A DNA stretch of 64,000 nucleotides from an uncultured Planctomycetaceae bacterium (GCA_963833985.1 CAWIAD010000002.1:6368001-6432000); one strand, 5' to 3'. Numbered from the stretch's first letter, positions 1 through 11,400 are shown. Notes: generated by a model from the letters alone, not told the origin. Numbers and translations: made by a program.

Positions 1-1
1 T

Positions 2-814
2 CGTTTCCCCCTGGAGGCCACGCCCCGGGCGCTCTTGCAACTGGCCGGTGCTTTGGCCGAGCCGGCGCCTTTGAACGACGCGGCTCGCCGGCTGATCGCC
101 CCCTGGATCGAACGCCTCCATCCGGCCGTCTACGACTTCGCGCACAGCGACATGAGCGAGGAGTACATCCTCTTCCAGCTTGCCGGCCCACGGTTGCCCT
201 GGCTGGAAGAGCACGGCGACTGGATCGCCGGCCTGGTCCGTCTGGAATCCGAGCCGCTCAGCCGCGACGAGGTGCGCGAGGCCACGAAGCTGGCGCTCGC
301 CTACACGCCCAGCGACCTCGTGGTCCTGGACTGGGCCGCGGGGTTCATCGTCGATGCCGACTGTGCCGATACGCTTCAGGTCATCGAGTTCGCCAACGTG
401 CAGTTGCTCGAGTTCCGGCACATCGACGACCGCCTCGACGACCGGCTGGAAGCGGCCTACCGACTCATTCGCCCCGAGCGCCGCAGACGCTGGGGTACAG
501 GGCTCTGGGCCACCCACGGTGTCGCCGTGCGGCAGGTGCGCGAGCTCGAGATCGAGGCCGCCAGCCTCTTCGAGCGCGTGGACAATGCCCTCAAGCTCAT
601 CGGCGACCACTATTTGTCGCGAATCTTTGACCTCGCATCGACGCGGTTCCATCTCCGCGGCTGGCAGCAATCGATCCGCCGCAAGCTCGAGACCGTCGGC
701 GACGTCTACGACCTGCTCGTCCAGCAGTCCGGCGGCCAGCGCATGGAGGCCCTGGAGATCACCGTCGTGCTCCTGATCGCGCTGGAGATTGCCCTGGCGT
801 TCTGGAGGCATTAA
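2..814 (+). CDS. 5'-partial conserved hypothetical protein with C-terminal TM helix (RMD1/DUF155-like)
   Basis: Frame is open from the window edge. Helical EFANVQLLEFRHID segment and terminal hydrophobic LEITVVLLIALEIAL. Confidence 0.7.
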   Translation, partial: RFPLEATPRALLQLAGALAEPAPLNDAARRLIAPWIERLHPAVYDFAHSDMSEEYILFQLAGPRLPWLEEHGDWIAGLVRLESEPLSRDEVREATKLALAYTPSDLVVLDWAAGFIVDADCADTLQVIEFANVQLLEFRHIDDRLDDRLEAAYRLIRPERRRRWGTGLWATHGVAVRQVRELEIEAASLFERVDNALKLIGDHYLSRIFDLASTRFHLRGWQQSIRRKLETVGDVYDLLVQQSGGQRMEALEITVVLLIALEIALAFWRH

Positions 815-971
815 CGAACCATTGAAGCCCACGCGAGTCTTGCTGGCCGTGCTCGAGCCAGCCAGGTAGCATGGATCCGACACATGCACCGAGCGCTTTC
901 GCCCCTGGCGCCGGCCGGCACCGCGCCGGCCTTCCCCGCTGGGAGCCATCATTCCGTGATCAGGAGACCGC

Positions 972-1556
972 ATGGCCGAGACGTCCGCCACGCTGCTGGA
1001 GCGGTTGCACGATCGCTCGGATTCCGTCGCCTGGCAACGAATGGTTGACCTCTACACGCCACTGATCAACGCGTGGCTCCGGCGGCAGGGCGTCTCCGGG
1101 ACCGATGCGGAGGACCTCACGCAGGATGTCCTCGGCATCGTCGTCCGCGAGGTTCCCGGGTTCCAGCATAACGGCCGGGTCGGGGCGTTCCGGAACTGGC
1201 TGCGGACGATTGCCATCAATTGCCTTCGCCAGTCCTGGCGGTCCCGGCGTTCGCGCCCGAGGACGGACCCCCTGCCGGACCTTGACTCGGCACTCGATCA
1301 ACTGGAGGATCCGGCCAGCGACCTGGGCCACCGGTGGGATCGCGAGCACGACGAGTTCGTCCTGCATCGCCTGCTGCACCTGATCGAGCCCGATTTCCGC
1401 CCGGCCACCTGGCAAGCGTTCCGGAGGCAGGTTCTCGATGGGGCAGCGCCCGAGCAGGTCGCCGCCGAGCTGGGCCTGAGTGTCAATGCGGTCCTGATTG
1501 CGAGGTCGCGCGTGCTCGGGCGTTTGAGACGCAATGCAGAGGGGCTTGTCGACTGA
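972..1556 (+). CDS. ECF sigma-70 factor
   Basis: Region 2 motifs DAEDLTQDV and AFRNWLRTIA; region 4 EQVAAELGLSVNAVLIARSRVL. RBS AGGAG upstream; kinase directly downstream. Confidence 0.93.
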   Translation: MAETSATLLERLHDRSDSVAWQRMVDLYTPLINAWLRRQGVSGTDAEDLTQDVLGIVVREVPGFQHNGRVGAFRNWLRTIAINCLRQSWRSRRSRPRTDPLPDLDSALDQLEDPASDLGHRWDREHDEFVLHRLLHLIEPDFRPATWQAFRRQVLDGAAPEQVAAELGLSVNAVLIARSRVLGRLRRNAEGLVD

Positions 1557-1691
1557 GTTTCCATTTTTCTGAAAGGATTGCGCCGGTCCGGCATTCTCAC
1601 TCATAGCCGGGGAGTGAGCACGAGCGGCGACAGCCGTTGTGGCCAGAAATGTGGTGCCCGTGCCTCACGCCCGATTCGAGGAGCCCGTGCG

Positions 1692-4600
1692 ATGACGGAC
1701 ATCGAGACCCACCCCACAACCCATCAGCTCTCGGCCTTTGCCCAGGGCCGTCTCGAGGAGCCGGAGATGGACGAGATCGAGGAACACCTCTCCTCTTGCG
1801 ACTCGTGCTGCCGATGGATTCGCGCGCTGCCGGACGATTCGTTGGTTGTGAAGCTCCGTCATCGTGCCTCGGCGACGATCGCGGCGCCGGTGCCCCCGCA
1901 GCAGCAGCCCGCGGTCGACCTGCCGCCAGGCTTCCAGGTGCCTTCGTCATTCATCCTCCCCCCAAATGCTCCGCACGAGCAAGCGACTGTCGCCGACCCG
2001 CCCGTGCATCGGCCTCCCACTCTTGTGCCCCCGAAGGAGCTCAGCGATCACCCGCGCTATCGGATCGTCTCGGTTCTGGGCACCGGAGGCATGGGCACCG
2101 TGTTCCGGGCGGAGCACCGCTTGATGGCCCGGCCCGTCGCCCTCAAGGTCATTCGCAACGAGCTGCTGGGCAACCCCGCGCTCGTCGAGCGGTTCGGCCG
2201 CGAGGTCCGGTCGGCTGCGCGGCTCGGTTCCCACCCGAACATCGTGGCCTCCTACGACGCCGAGCAGGCGGGCGGAACGCACATCCTGGTCATGGAGTTC
2301 ATCGAGGGGATTGACCTGGCCCGGCTGGTCGAGCGCGACGGCCCCTTGCCCGCCAGCGAGGCGTGCGAGCTGATCCGCCAGGCCGCGCTTGGCCTGCAAT
2401 ACGCCTTCGAGGACGGCATGGTCCACCGCGACATCAAGCCCCAGAACCTGATGCGGACGACGCGCGGCCAGCTCAAGATCCTCGACTTCGGCCTCGCCCG
2501 GTTCGCCAGCGAGGCCGGATCCCACGGTGGCGTGACCGCCGACGGGATGATCCTGGGCTCGGCTGACTACATCGCCCCGGAGCAGATTGACGACCCGCAC
2601 ACCGCCGACATCCGGGCCGACATCTACAGCCTTGGCTGTACCCTCTACTTCTTGCTCGCCGGCCAGCCGCCATACCCCGCCGGCGGCCTTATCCAGAAGC
2701 TGACGGCACACCGGGAAAAGTCGGCCCAGCCGCTCGCGGAGATCCGCCCCGATCTGCCGGCGGAGCTGGCCCGAATCGTCGAGCGGATGATGGCCAGGGC
2801 GCCCGAGCAGCGGTACCAGACGCCCGACGAGGTCGCCCGGGCGCTCGTGCCGTTTCTCAACAGCCAGCGCGCGGGAACACACGAGATGCGGCTCGACGCT
2901 CCGGGCGGGGGAGATCAGTCCTCCTCCGCAATCGGCTCGTTTCAGGCCGCGATGGCGACCACCCAGAAACCATCGACAGAGCGTACCAGCGCCGGCTCGC
3001 AGCTACGAGGGCCGCGGGCGCGAAGGACCGCGCTCCTGGCCATGCTGCCCATCGCCGCGGTCTGCCTGGCTCTCATCGTCTATCGCATCAGGACCGATAC
3101 GGGCGAGATCATTGTCGAGACGGACGATCCGAACATCGAGGTCGTTGTCAAGCAGGGAGGGCGGCAGGTCACGATTCTTGATCCGAAGACGAAGGACAGG
3201 ATTGTGCTGAATTCTGGCAATTATGAATTTCAGCTCGCCGGCGATGGCGCAGGGCTCCAGGTCTCGCCCGGTTCCTGCACGCTGAAGCGCGGCGAGAAGG
3301 CTGTCGTCACCGTGCGCCACGAGCCGCTTGGGGCGCCCGTGGCGAACGGACCTTACGGCACCTCTGTACCCGAGTCCACAAGCGACACGGTGCTCCGGCG
3401 CTCGCTCTTTCTCAGTTCGCACGACCTTCCGGACAATGCATTCCTGCTTCCCGACAACCGCCATGTCCTCTATTCGACCGGCGGAGACTATCAGAGCGAT
3501 CGATTACTGCCGGGAACGGATCCTGCGCTCTGGCTCGCCGACCTCACGAGCCTCACCGACCCTCCGCGCAAGTTCACAGGCCATGAGCCAGGTTTTATCT
3601 CCCTCGCGGTCTCGCGCGACGGCCGTGTTGTCGTCTCGGCGAGCGAGGATCAGACGCTGCGAACCTGGAACCTCGAGGACGGACGATCCCGACTCATTCT
3701 CCATGAGAACGAACCTCTCGGCGCGGTTGCCGTCTCTGCCGATGGCCGGCAAGCCGCTTACATGTATGGCAAGGCCGGGAACGAGATCCGCCTCTGCAAC
3801 CTGAGCGGGGCCGTTGCGCCCAGGACCCTTTACCGCAGCCCGCTCAGCATCGCGAGGATTGCCTTCTGCGCGGGAGGCCGCCGCATCGTCGCTGGCATCT
3901 ACGATCACACCATCCGCGTGTGGGACGTGGAGACCGGAAGGGAGCTGCAACGCATGGCCTGCATGAGCAGCGTGCGGGACCTGGCCGTCTTCCCGAACGA
4001 CCGCCGGTTGATCGCCCTGGAAGAACGTCATACGCGCATCCTGGACCTGGAGACGGGCGAGGAGCTGCGCCGGATCCCCGTAACGGGCACCTGCGTCGCG
4101 GTTTCCTGCGACGGCCAACGCGTGCTGCTCGGTCATGACCTGGTCATCGACGTCTGGGATCTGAAGGGGGCCGAGACGATTGCTCGATTCCAGGGGCACA
4201 CGCAGATGGTCCAGCGCGTCGGGTTCTCACCGGACGGCCAGCGCGCCGTGTCAACTTCCCTGGACCGCTCGGTCCGGATCTGGCAGATGCCGCCGCCTCC
4301 GCTTCAACCGGTCGCCGCAGTTCTGCCGCTGGCCCATGCCAAACTGGATGAGCTGGAACCGGCCGAGCCGACCTCGTCGCGGACGCAGGCCATCCTCGAT
4401 GCGCTCGACCAGATCGTCCCCTTGAACTTCGAGGACGCGACGCTTTCCAGCGTCCTCAACTACATCAAGGTGGCCACCTTCAACGGGAAGAAACCGACCG
4501 ACCCGGGCCTGCCGATCTACGTCGACCCGCGCGTCGAACGAGCGCTGGCCTCGAAGGTCCGGATCGAGATCAACGGCGCCCGGTTGCGGCTGGGGCTCGA

Positions 4601-5042
4601 ACTTCTCCTCAAACAGGTGAATCTGGACTTCATCGTGAAGGACGATGTGTTGATCATCAGCTCGCCGCAGGGCATCGAGCAGGAGCGGAACGAGAGGGCG
4701 CATCCGGCCGCGGACGCATCGCCACGGACGAAGCAGGTACTGGCCCGGCTCGAGCAGCCGCTGCCGATGTCCTTCCCCGGGCTGGCGCCGCTGGATGAAC
4801 TGCTCAACTACGTCAGGCAGGCGATGACCACGCCACGCGACAGGGATGGGATTCCCTTCGTGACCGACCCGGCCGGCCTGAAGAAAGCGGGTTGCTCGCT
4901 GACCTCGACCGTGAGCATTGACCTTGACGGCGTGCCGCTGAAGACGAGCCTGAGGCTGGTACTCAAGCAGCTTCGCCTGGCGTACGTGGTCAGGGACGGG
5001 TGTGTGGTCATCAGCTCCGCCGAGGAACTTCGCAAGCACTGA
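1692..5042 (+). CDS. Ser/Thr protein kinase with N-terminal zf-HC2 (anti-sigma-like) domain, TM helix, WD40 repeats and two C-terminal STN/secretin-N-like repeats
   Basis: HLSSCDSC; GTGGMG, VALK, HRDIKPQN, DFG, APE; TM ALLAMLPIAAVCLALIV; GH...WD/WN repeats. Start chosen at MTDIETHP. Confidence 0.92.
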   Translation: MTDIETHPTTHQLSAFAQGRLEEPEMDEIEEHLSSCDSCCRWIRALPDDSLVVKLRHRASATIAAPVPPQQQPAVDLPPGFQVPSSFILPPNAPHEQATVADPPVHRPPTLVPPKELSDHPRYRIVSVLGTGGMGTVFRAEHRLMARPVALKVIRNELLGNPALVERFGREVRSAARLGSHPNIVASYDAEQAGGTHILVMEFIEGIDLARLVERDGPLPASEACELIRQAALGLQYAFEDGMVHRDIKPQNLMRTTRGQLKILDFGLARFASEAGSHGGVTADGMILGSADYIAPEQIDDPHTADIRADIYSLGCTLYFLLAGQPPYPAGGLIQKLTAHREKSAQPLAEIRPDLPAELARIVERMMARAPEQRYQTPDEVARALVPFLNSQRAGTHEMRLDAPGGGDQSSSAIGSFQAAMATTQKPSTERTSAGSQLRGPRARRTALLAMLPIAAVCLALIVYRIRTDTGEIIVETDDPNIEVVVKQGGRQVTILDPKTKDRIVLNSGNYEFQLAGDGAGLQVSPGSCTLKRGEKAVVTVRHEPLGAPVANGPYGTSVPESTSDTVLRRSLFLSSHDLPDNAFLLPDNRHVLYSTGGDYQSDRLLPGTDPALWLADLTSLTDPPRKFTGHEPGFISLAVSRDGRVVVSASEDQTLRTWNLEDGRSRLILHENEPLGAVAVSADGRQAAYMYGKAGNEIRLCNLSGAVAPRTLYRSPLSIARIAFCAGGRRIVAGIYDHTIRVWDVETGRELQRMACMSSVRDLAVFPNDRRLIALEERHTRILDLETGEELRRIPVTGTCVAVSCDGQRVLLGHDLVIDVWDLKGAETIARFQGHTQMVQRVGFSPDGQRAVSTSLDRSVRIWQMPPPPLQPVAAVLPLAHAKLDELEPAEPTSSRTQAILDALDQIVPLNFEDATLSSVLNYIKVATFNGKKPTDPGLPIYVDPRVERALASKVRIEINGARLRLGLELLLKQVNLDFIVKDDVLIISSPQGIEQERNERAHPAADASPRTKQVLARLEQPLPMSFPGLAPLDELLNYVRQAMTTPRDRDGIPFVTDPAGLKKAGCSLTSTVSIDLDGVPLKTSLRLVLKQLRLAYVVRDGCVVISSAEELRKH

Positions 5043-5059
5043 TCGGCCATGGCGGGTCG

Positions 5060-5440
5060 TCAGGTGGGTTTCTCCCCGCTTCCCGCTGGAGCGATGACGA
5101 TCATGCGGATGGACTTCGCGCGGACGAGGAAGCGCCTGGCTTCCGGATCCTCCAGGATCACCATGCCGTTCAGGTCGTACGGAAGATGCGTCTTGGGGCC
5201 TTCGGAGTTCGTGAAGCCGATGAACCGAACGCGCTCGAATGTGTTGCCGTCCTGCATGTGCACCGTGGCCCAGGTGTCCTTCTTGAGGACGCCCCGGACC
5301 GCGAGTGATTCCGGCTTCGCCCCGCGCTGTGCAATCCAGCTCAGCAGACTGAAGAAGAGCGCGAGGGCCATGATTCCCAGCACGATGCAGAGGATCCCGA
5401 TGCCGAACGTGCTGAGGGTGTCGATGGCGGTCGGGTGCAT
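5060..5440 (-). CDS. hypothetical membrane-anchored protein
   Basis: 126 aa ORF with an N-terminal hydrophobic helix, directly downstream of the MFS gene on the same strand. Confidence 0.65.
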   Translation of the reverse strand: MHPTAIDTLSTFGIGILCIVLGIMALALFFSLLSWIAQRGAKPESLAVRGVLKKDTWATVHMQDGNTFERVRFIGFTNSEGPKTHLPYDLNGMVILEDPEARRFLVRAKSIRMIVIAPAGSGEKPT

Positions 5441-5463
5441 GAGGCTCGCTCCGGTTGCTCAGC

Positions 5464-6870
5464 TCAGTGCACGAAACCGCCGCCTTCGCCGTGGTGGCCG
5501 CCGTCGTTTGCCGCGATACGATCCATGTCGGCAGGGAGATGACGCGAGCCGAGGAGGAAGAAGAAACAGCCCAGGGCCAGGACCGGCACGACGCAGAGCA
5601 TGGCCACCGTCAGATTCGTCTCGCCGACGGGATGCGCGCCGATCGAGGCGAACAAACGGCCCAGCGGCGATTCCGCAACACCCGGCTTGCCGAACAGGTT
5701 CGAGATCGCACCCAGCAGGATGGGCGAGCTGATGTCTCCCAGGATGTGAATCAGGAAGATATAAAGCGCATAGCCCGCGGCGCGCTGGTTGGAGGGGACG
5801 ACGTTGGCGATCACGGTGTTGCAGGGGCCAAGCACCATGGCCAGCATGACCATCGCGCCGAAGAGCAAGGTCAGCGATGAGACGCGCTCCGGGTCGAGGA
5901 TGCCGAACAGCCCCAGGGGGATTGCCGCCGTCACGACCACGACGGCCAGCAGCAAATAGGCGCGCCGGGTGAACTTGACGAAGAAATCGGCCAGGAACGT
6001 CCCCAGGGCGATCCCCACAAGACCGGCAACGGCGGTCAGGCCGCCGATCCAGGCGCCGGCCTCCTTCATCGACATGCCACGAACCGTCTGATAGAACGTC
6101 GAACCCCAGGCGGCGTAAGCACCGGTGGCGAAGGTCACGGCGGCCATGCCCGCGGTATTGAAGACGAACGTGGGTGTGCGGAAAAGGGCGAGGTAATCTC
6201 TCATCCTGGGGCGGTCCGACTTGCCGGAGTGCGTGATACCCTCGGAGGCGCCTCGGCCCGGGTCCTGGATCAAGAGCCCGGCCGCGGCGATGAGCAAGCC
6301 GGGGAAACCGACGACCAGGAACGCCCGGGGCCACCCCCATTCCTCGCCCACGAACCCGCCCAGCGTGTAACCAATCGCTCCTCCCAGGGGCAGCGCCAGG
6401 TAGTACGCCCCCATGGCCCGGCCGCGCCGGCTGGGCAGGAACAGGTCCGCGATCAGAGCGGGGGCGATGACACCGTAACTGGCCTCGCCGACACCCAGCA
6501 GCGCACGCCAGAAAAACATGTGGTAAAAATCCGCGGAAAACGCGGTCCCGACGGTCGCCAGGCTCCAGAGGGCCACGCCGCCGGCCAGCAAGATCCGGCG
6601 GTTGTACCGATCTCCGAGCCAGCCCATGAGCGGAGAGACGAGCGTGTAGACGATCATGAACGAGGCGCTGAGCACGCCGTACCAGAAATCGTCGACGTGC
6701 AGGTCGCGCTGAATCTGCGTGCCCACCGCGAAGAACGAGTAGCGGTCGATGTAGTTCAGCAGGTTCATGCCGAACAGCACCGCCAGCGCGAAATAAGGTC
6801 CGCCAATGGTCGGGATGATGCTGGCTCGGGGAGAAGACGAGACCGAGGAATCAGGACGGGGGATCGGCAT
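5464..6870 (-). CDS. MFS transporter, spinster-like
   Basis: NLLNYIDR, motif A GWLGDRYNRR, RALLGVGEASY...APALIADLF, about 12 hydrophobic segments. Confidence 0.92.
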   Translation of the reverse strand: MPIPRPDSSVSSSPRASIIPTIGGPYFALAVLFGMNLLNYIDRYSFFAVGTQIQRDLHVDDFWYGVLSASFMIVYTLVSPLMGWLGDRYNRRILLAGGVALWSLATVGTAFSADFYHMFFWRALLGVGEASYGVIAPALIADLFLPSRRGRAMGAYYLALPLGGAIGYTLGGFVGEEWGWPRAFLVVGFPGLLIAAAGLLIQDPGRGASEGITHSGKSDRPRMRDYLALFRTPTFVFNTAGMAAVTFATGAYAAWGSTFYQTVRGMSMKEAGAWIGGLTAVAGLVGIALGTFLADFFVKFTRRAYLLLAVVVVTAAIPLGLFGILDPERVSSLTLLFGAMVMLAMVLGPCNTVIANVVPSNQRAAGYALYIFLIHILGDISSPILLGAISNLFGKPGVAESPLGRLFASIGAHPVGETNLTVAMLCVVPVLALGCFFFLLGSRHLPADMDRIAANDGGHHGEGGGFVH

Positions 6871-7224
6871 CGTGAAGCAGCCTCAGCAGGGAACGTGCGC
6901 ACGAACCAAACCGACCATCCTACCTATTCGGTGCCGGGGTGGCGAGATCCCTTGCCAGGGTCGTGCCCGAGTCATCGGGGACGCCGCAACCGCTCGACCC
7001 GGGCCAATCCGGTCGCCTGGCCTGGATTTCTGCCCGCGCTGCCCATCGCCATTGATGACGAAACGAAGGCCGATGCCTTCGGGAATACGCTGAGCCTTGC
7101 CCGCGATCACGATTGGCCGGCAGAGGATCGAAGAAAGGCCCACCCATGGTCCGGCGCGGTGACGATGCGGCAGAGCGAGCGGGAGCCTGGCGGCCGGTGC
7201 GAAGTGGATAGCCCGCGGGGCGCC

Positions 7225-7324
7225 TTTGCATACGCTGATCGTACACGGTCATCACGGCGTGACCGAGGTCGCGAAGCAGATCGGCCGCGGCCGGCGGCAG
7301 ATTCTCGTCGAGCTTGAACTGCAT
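7225..7324 (-). pseudogene. truncated DUF5615-family PIN-like toxin (N-terminal ~33 aa only)
   Basis: MQFKLDENLPPAAADLLRDLGHAVMTV matches the family N-terminus, then similarity is lost. Start is coupled to the DUF433 stop (TGATG). Confidence 0.65.
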
Positions 7325-7557
7325 CAGGAGACCTCTTGCTCAAGGGGCAAGAAGCGGTCTTCCGCCATGTCCGCCGCCAACAGCATGGCCGCCTGGATGT
7401 CTTCGGGTTCGAGATGGTAGTTCGCCATCACAACCCCCGGGGAATCACCTTCGGCAAGGCTGGCAAGGATCACGCTGACCATGACCTGCCGTCCCTTGAT
7501 GCACGCTTTTCCGTGGCACAAGTCCGCCCTTCTGCTGATCCGGTCTTGCCATTTCAT
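7324..7557 (-). CDS. DUF433 family putative antitoxin
   Basis: RIS..ADLCHGKACIKGRQVMVSVILASLAEG...YHLEPEDIQAAM is a typical DUF433 pattern. Confidence 0.85.
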   Translation of the reverse strand: MKWQDRISRRADLCHGKACIKGRQVMVSVILASLAEGDSPGVVMANYHLEPEDIQAAMLLAADMAEDRFLPLEQEVS

Positions 7558-7579
7558 GGCCGGACTCCTCACCCAGGGT

Positions 7580-7828
7580 TCATTCAGAGAAAGCGTCTTT
7601 TTGTACGATAGTGCCCTGCTCGTGCCGAACGAAGGACGGGTCGGTAATGCGACCTGCCGTCTCCAAGACGAATGGTCGCCACTCTCTCCGGGTCATCAAG
7701 GATGATGCCCGTCGCACCGGGTCGATCGTGACTTGCACCTCTCGATCCGCGACTTCCTTGCCCATCGGAATGTCGATGTGCAAGATACCGTCGGAGCCTA
7801 CACGTGATTGAACCACAAGGCGATGCAT
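7580..7828 (-). CDS. small hypothetical protein, probable orphan antitoxin
   Basis: SRVGSDGILHIDIP...REVQVTI resembles small proteins usually found upstream of PIN toxins (recall, not searched). GGAGG RBS. Confidence 0.55.
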   Translation of the reverse strand: MHRLVVQSRVGSDGILHIDIPMGKEVADREVQVTIDPVRRASSLMTRREWRPFVLETAGRITDPSFVRHEQGTIVQKDAFSE

Positions 7829-8496
7829 CCTCCGCCTCCCCGGTCCATGACCACCGCGCAGTCCCATCCGATCACTTCACTCCCTTCACGCCATTGCACG
7901 GTCCGTGCATGAATTCTTCCCCCGGACTCACTTCTCCGGGGTTTTCTCACGCGTCGCGCCAGTTTTTCCACATTCGTCAGATGGATGTCGTTGACGCGAT
8001 CGCCGACGAACTGCCTGGAGTCTGTCCCACAATATGAACACTTTGAGAGTTATTTGTATAGTAATGGCATGAGAATACACCGCCGTGATCCCCGGTCGTG
8101 TTGATCGTCCCCTTCTGAGTCTTGAACCGGTGCAGTGAACCACGGAGCGTGTCGAGAATCTGTCGCTGGATATTGGCGCGCTGCCGCTTCGGAGCCGAGC
8201 CGATTGAGCCTCCTCACTGAGCATCACCTCAATAGTGGACATCGGGGTGACTCCTCTGCGTCGTTGTACTGGATGAAACCACGACGTCGCCACCTGGGCC
8301 TGGTGCCTTGAGTACCACCTCGACGAACGCAGAGCCGGTAATCGTTTTCGGCTTCGATCCGTTGCTCGTCGCTGAGGTGAGCCTCCGGCGGGCCTCTGAG
8401 CGGTGGCGACCATCGGGGCGTTCACCCGCGGCACGTCCCTTCGAGGTCGAGGGAGAGGACGAGGCACGCGCTGGCTCGCGGATCCTGGGGACGGGC

Positions 8497-11400
8497 TTAG
8501 CGGAAGGCGCCGGTGGATACGGATGTGCCGGTGAAGACGTCCCAGCCCTGGCGGAAGGTGCGCTCCAGCAACAGTAACCAGCGGGTCTTGTGGTCGGGAC
8601 GCTCTTGCAGGCACTGCGCGTAGGTGACCATGATGCCGATCTGGAGCCGCAGGTCTCCGTGGGCCCAGGCCGCGGCCTGTTCCAGGTCGGCCAGGGCCCG
8701 ATCCCAGATCAGCAAATTCACATAACAACGCGCCCGGCTCAGGTAAGCCTGGGGCAGCTCGGGGTCGCGGCGCAGGGCCATCGAGCACTCGTGCACGGCT
8801 TCCTCGTAGCGCTGAAGCGCCACCAGAGCGGCCGCCTTGTTCAGGTAGGCGAAAGCGCTGGGCGAGAGCGCGATCGATTGCTCGAGCCAGCTAATGGCCT
8901 CGCGCGGCCGCCCGGCTTCGGTCAGGATGGTCGCGCGGAGATCGAGCAGGCCCGGATGGTCGGGCTTGAGGTTCAGCCCGATGTCGATCTCGCTCATTGC
9001 CCGGGCCGCCTGGCTGGCGCGGTGGAGGATGCGGGCGCGCACGAGGTGCACATCGGGCGAGAGCGGCGCGATGGCGACGGCGCGCTCGGTTTCGGCCACG
9101 GCGGTGCGATGCTCGCCCAGCACCGAGAGGATCACCGCGCGGTTGAGCAACGCGCGGTATGCGACGCTTCGGTTGCCCGCGGCGCGGACGGCCAGCTCGC
9201 CGGCCGCGGACCGCAGGTCGGCCGTCAGTCCCGCACCGGCGGCCGGCAGGAGGAGGATCTCCTCGGGCCGGTCGAGCTGTAGCTCTTCCAGGCGGCCCGC
9301 GGCCAGCAGGGTCCGCTGCAAGAGCCGCTCGTGAGCCGGGCCGGGCCGGGTCTGCTGCGCCAGCCGGGCGTCGTCGACGGCCTCGCCGCGCAGGTTCAGA
9401 AGCAGGTGAGCGATCGCGCGCGTGGCCAGAACGTCATCGCGGTCTTCCAGCTTGACTCCCGGTTTCAGCAGGAGATCCAGGTCTTGCAGGGCGGCTCTCG
9501 GCTGACCCAGCCGCAAGCTCAGGTTGGCCCGGCTCATCCGGGCCGCCGCATCGTCCGGGCGCGTTTTGAGGATCGTCTCGTAGGTGGCCCGCGCCCGCTG
9601 TTCCCTGCCGGATTCCGCGTCGATATTAGCCAGGTTCAATCGCGCCGCACGCGCGAAGTCGCAATTCGGATCGGCGTCGATGATGGCCCTGTACTCGTTC
9701 GCGGCCTGCGTGAAATTGCCCAGCGACCAGTGCAGGTAGCCGATCTCCAGGCCGACCTGAAGCGATTCGGGCCGCTTCCCCATGAGCGCGCGGGCCTTCA
9801 TCAGGTCGTCCAGGGCCCACGACCACCGCCCCTTGGCGCGATAGAGCCGGGCACGGTTGAAGCGGACCCAGGGGGATTCGGGCTGGCAGGCCACCGCGGC
9901 GCTGTAGTGGTCCAGCGCGTCGTCGGCGAGGCCTTCACGGTCGAGCAGGTAGGCCAGGTAGAACTGGTACCAGTAATTCTCCCACTTGAGCCACACTGCT
10001 CCCTGCATCCACTCGATCGCGCGTTTGGTCTGTCCCTGGCTCGAGCAGAGCAGGCCCCACTCGAAACAGGCCGGGGCCGACTTGACTCCCCCGACGTGGC
10101 GCGGCTCGCCCTCCAGGATTGCCTGGGGCCGCGGCTGATTCAGGGCATCGACAGAACCCCGGGGCATGCCCCGGCTCCGCCTGCGGTGCTCTTCCAGGAG
10201 GGCCCGGAGCGCCTGCCAGGGCTCCTTCGGGTCGGCGAAACCGAGGATCTTGTCGCAGGTCCGCACCGCATCATCGAGCCGCATCGGGCTGGCCGGCGCG
10301 CCGCCCTGGCCCAGCCTGGCGCTGGCGGTCCGCGCCGAGATTTCCACCTGGACCATCCAGAGGAACAGCAGGTCGTTGACCTCGCGGAAGACGTTCGTCT
10401 TGCGTTCTTCGTCCAGCAGCGCCCAGCCGTACTGGAGGCTGGTCCAGTTTTCCCGGGCGGTGAGCACGCGAAATGGTGCCAGTAAGGCTTGAAGCTCGGC
10501 GATCGCTCCGGGCATGTCGTCGCCCAGGCCGATGAGGCGGAAGCGGAGGTTGTGGGATTGCTTCAGCAAGGCATCGGCATGTTCCTGGGCCGTGAGGACC
10601 TCTTCCGCCATGAATTGCTTGGTGCGGATGGCCTGTTTCAGTTCCTCCAGGTCCGGGTCCACCCAGATCTTCTCGAGTTTCCGCCGCAGCTTCCCTCCGA
10701 AGCCCCAGAAGGTCTCCCATTTCAGCAGGTTGTGGAAGGTTCCAAGCTCGGAGTGCTCGGCGCGATGTGAGGCATTCTGGAGCAGGAACTGGGCCTTCTT
10801 GAACTCATCCTGATCGATCGCATGGCTGGCCGAGAGCAAGAGCTCGCGAACTTCCTGGAACCGGTCGTAGCGCTCGATCGCGAAGTTCACATAGGCGCCC
10901 AGGATCGCCAGACCGGCCAGCAAGAGGACCGCCAGGCCGGCCAGCCGGCGGCGATTGCGGCGGACGCGCCGGCTCATACGGCTGACGATCGGTTCCCGCG
11001 CGTGGCGCAGCGACAGGTCGTCGGCGATGGCGTGCAGATCGGCCGCCAGCTCGCCGGCGCGCTGGTAGCGGTCATCCGGATCTGGCTCCAGGCAGCGCTT
11101 GATGACGGCGCGGAGAGGCGGGGGGACGTCGCTCTCGCCGTGAAACAGGTACCCCGGGTCGTGGCGGCGGTCATCCGCGGCGTGCAGCAGGGCCTCGATC
11201 ATGGACTGGGTCTTGCGGGGGGGCACGAACGGCTTCTTGCCCGCGACGGCCTCGTACAGGAGCACGCCCAGGCCATAGATGTCCGAGCGGCGATCGACCC
11301 GGTCAGAGATTCCCTCGGCCAGCGATTCCAGGTGCTCCGGCGCCATGTAATCGACGGTGCCGCCGAGCGTGGCGTCCACCGCGCGGCCTTCCTCACCCAC

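Noticed and set aside
7928..8260. Possible small gene MSTIEVMLSEEAQ... with AGAGGAG RBS on the minus strand
   Set aside because: No recognisable family and composition deteriorates quickly; at most an unassignable remnant.
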